Of a stretch of 64,000 bases of DNA, positions 63,993 through 64,000 are shown in pieces. Made by a program: the position numbers and the translations under genes. Each line of letters begins with the position of its first letter. Within the stretch, counting starts at the first letter, position 1. The stretch is from Eledone cirrhosa (lineage: Eukaryota), in NCBI GenBank assembly GCA_964016885.1, contig OZ024745.1:81778001-81842000 (forward strand), read 5' to 3'. The notes beneath the pieces are model-generated. The model saw only the letters and a program-made list of their open reading frames with translations, had not been told where the DNA came from and searched no databases.

Positions 63993-64000
63993 GTGATTCT

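Overview
AT-rich, microsatellite- and transposon-dense eukaryotic DNA. The repeat landscape suggests a coleoid cephalopod, probably Octopus; this is an inference, not shown directly. The window lies inside one large + strand gene, a myosin phosphatase targeting subunit (MYPT1/PPP1R12-like). Ten internal coding exons at 29.3-61.6 kb can be joined in phase, covering the later ankyrin repeats, an acidic patch, two MYPT1-like phospho-motifs and a Thr/Ser-rich exon. I did not find the N- and C-terminal exons here. The introns contain four large RTE-clade LINE copies from three subfamilies, including one near-full-length copy. They also hold many RTE 3' tails, two tRNA-headed SINE families, a decayed mariner, a deleted piggyBac with a derived ~215-bp TTAA MITE family, tandem non-autonomous Helitrons and several fold-back palindromes. 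The most striking signal is a C4HC3 PHD-type zinc finger inserted inside the reverse-transcriptase region of every large RTE copy. Other leads are a SINE sharing its tail with one RTE subfamily, intronic dsRNA-forming structures and candidate alternative or micro-exons of MYPT1. Coordinates were read by eye; repeat boundaries are approximate.
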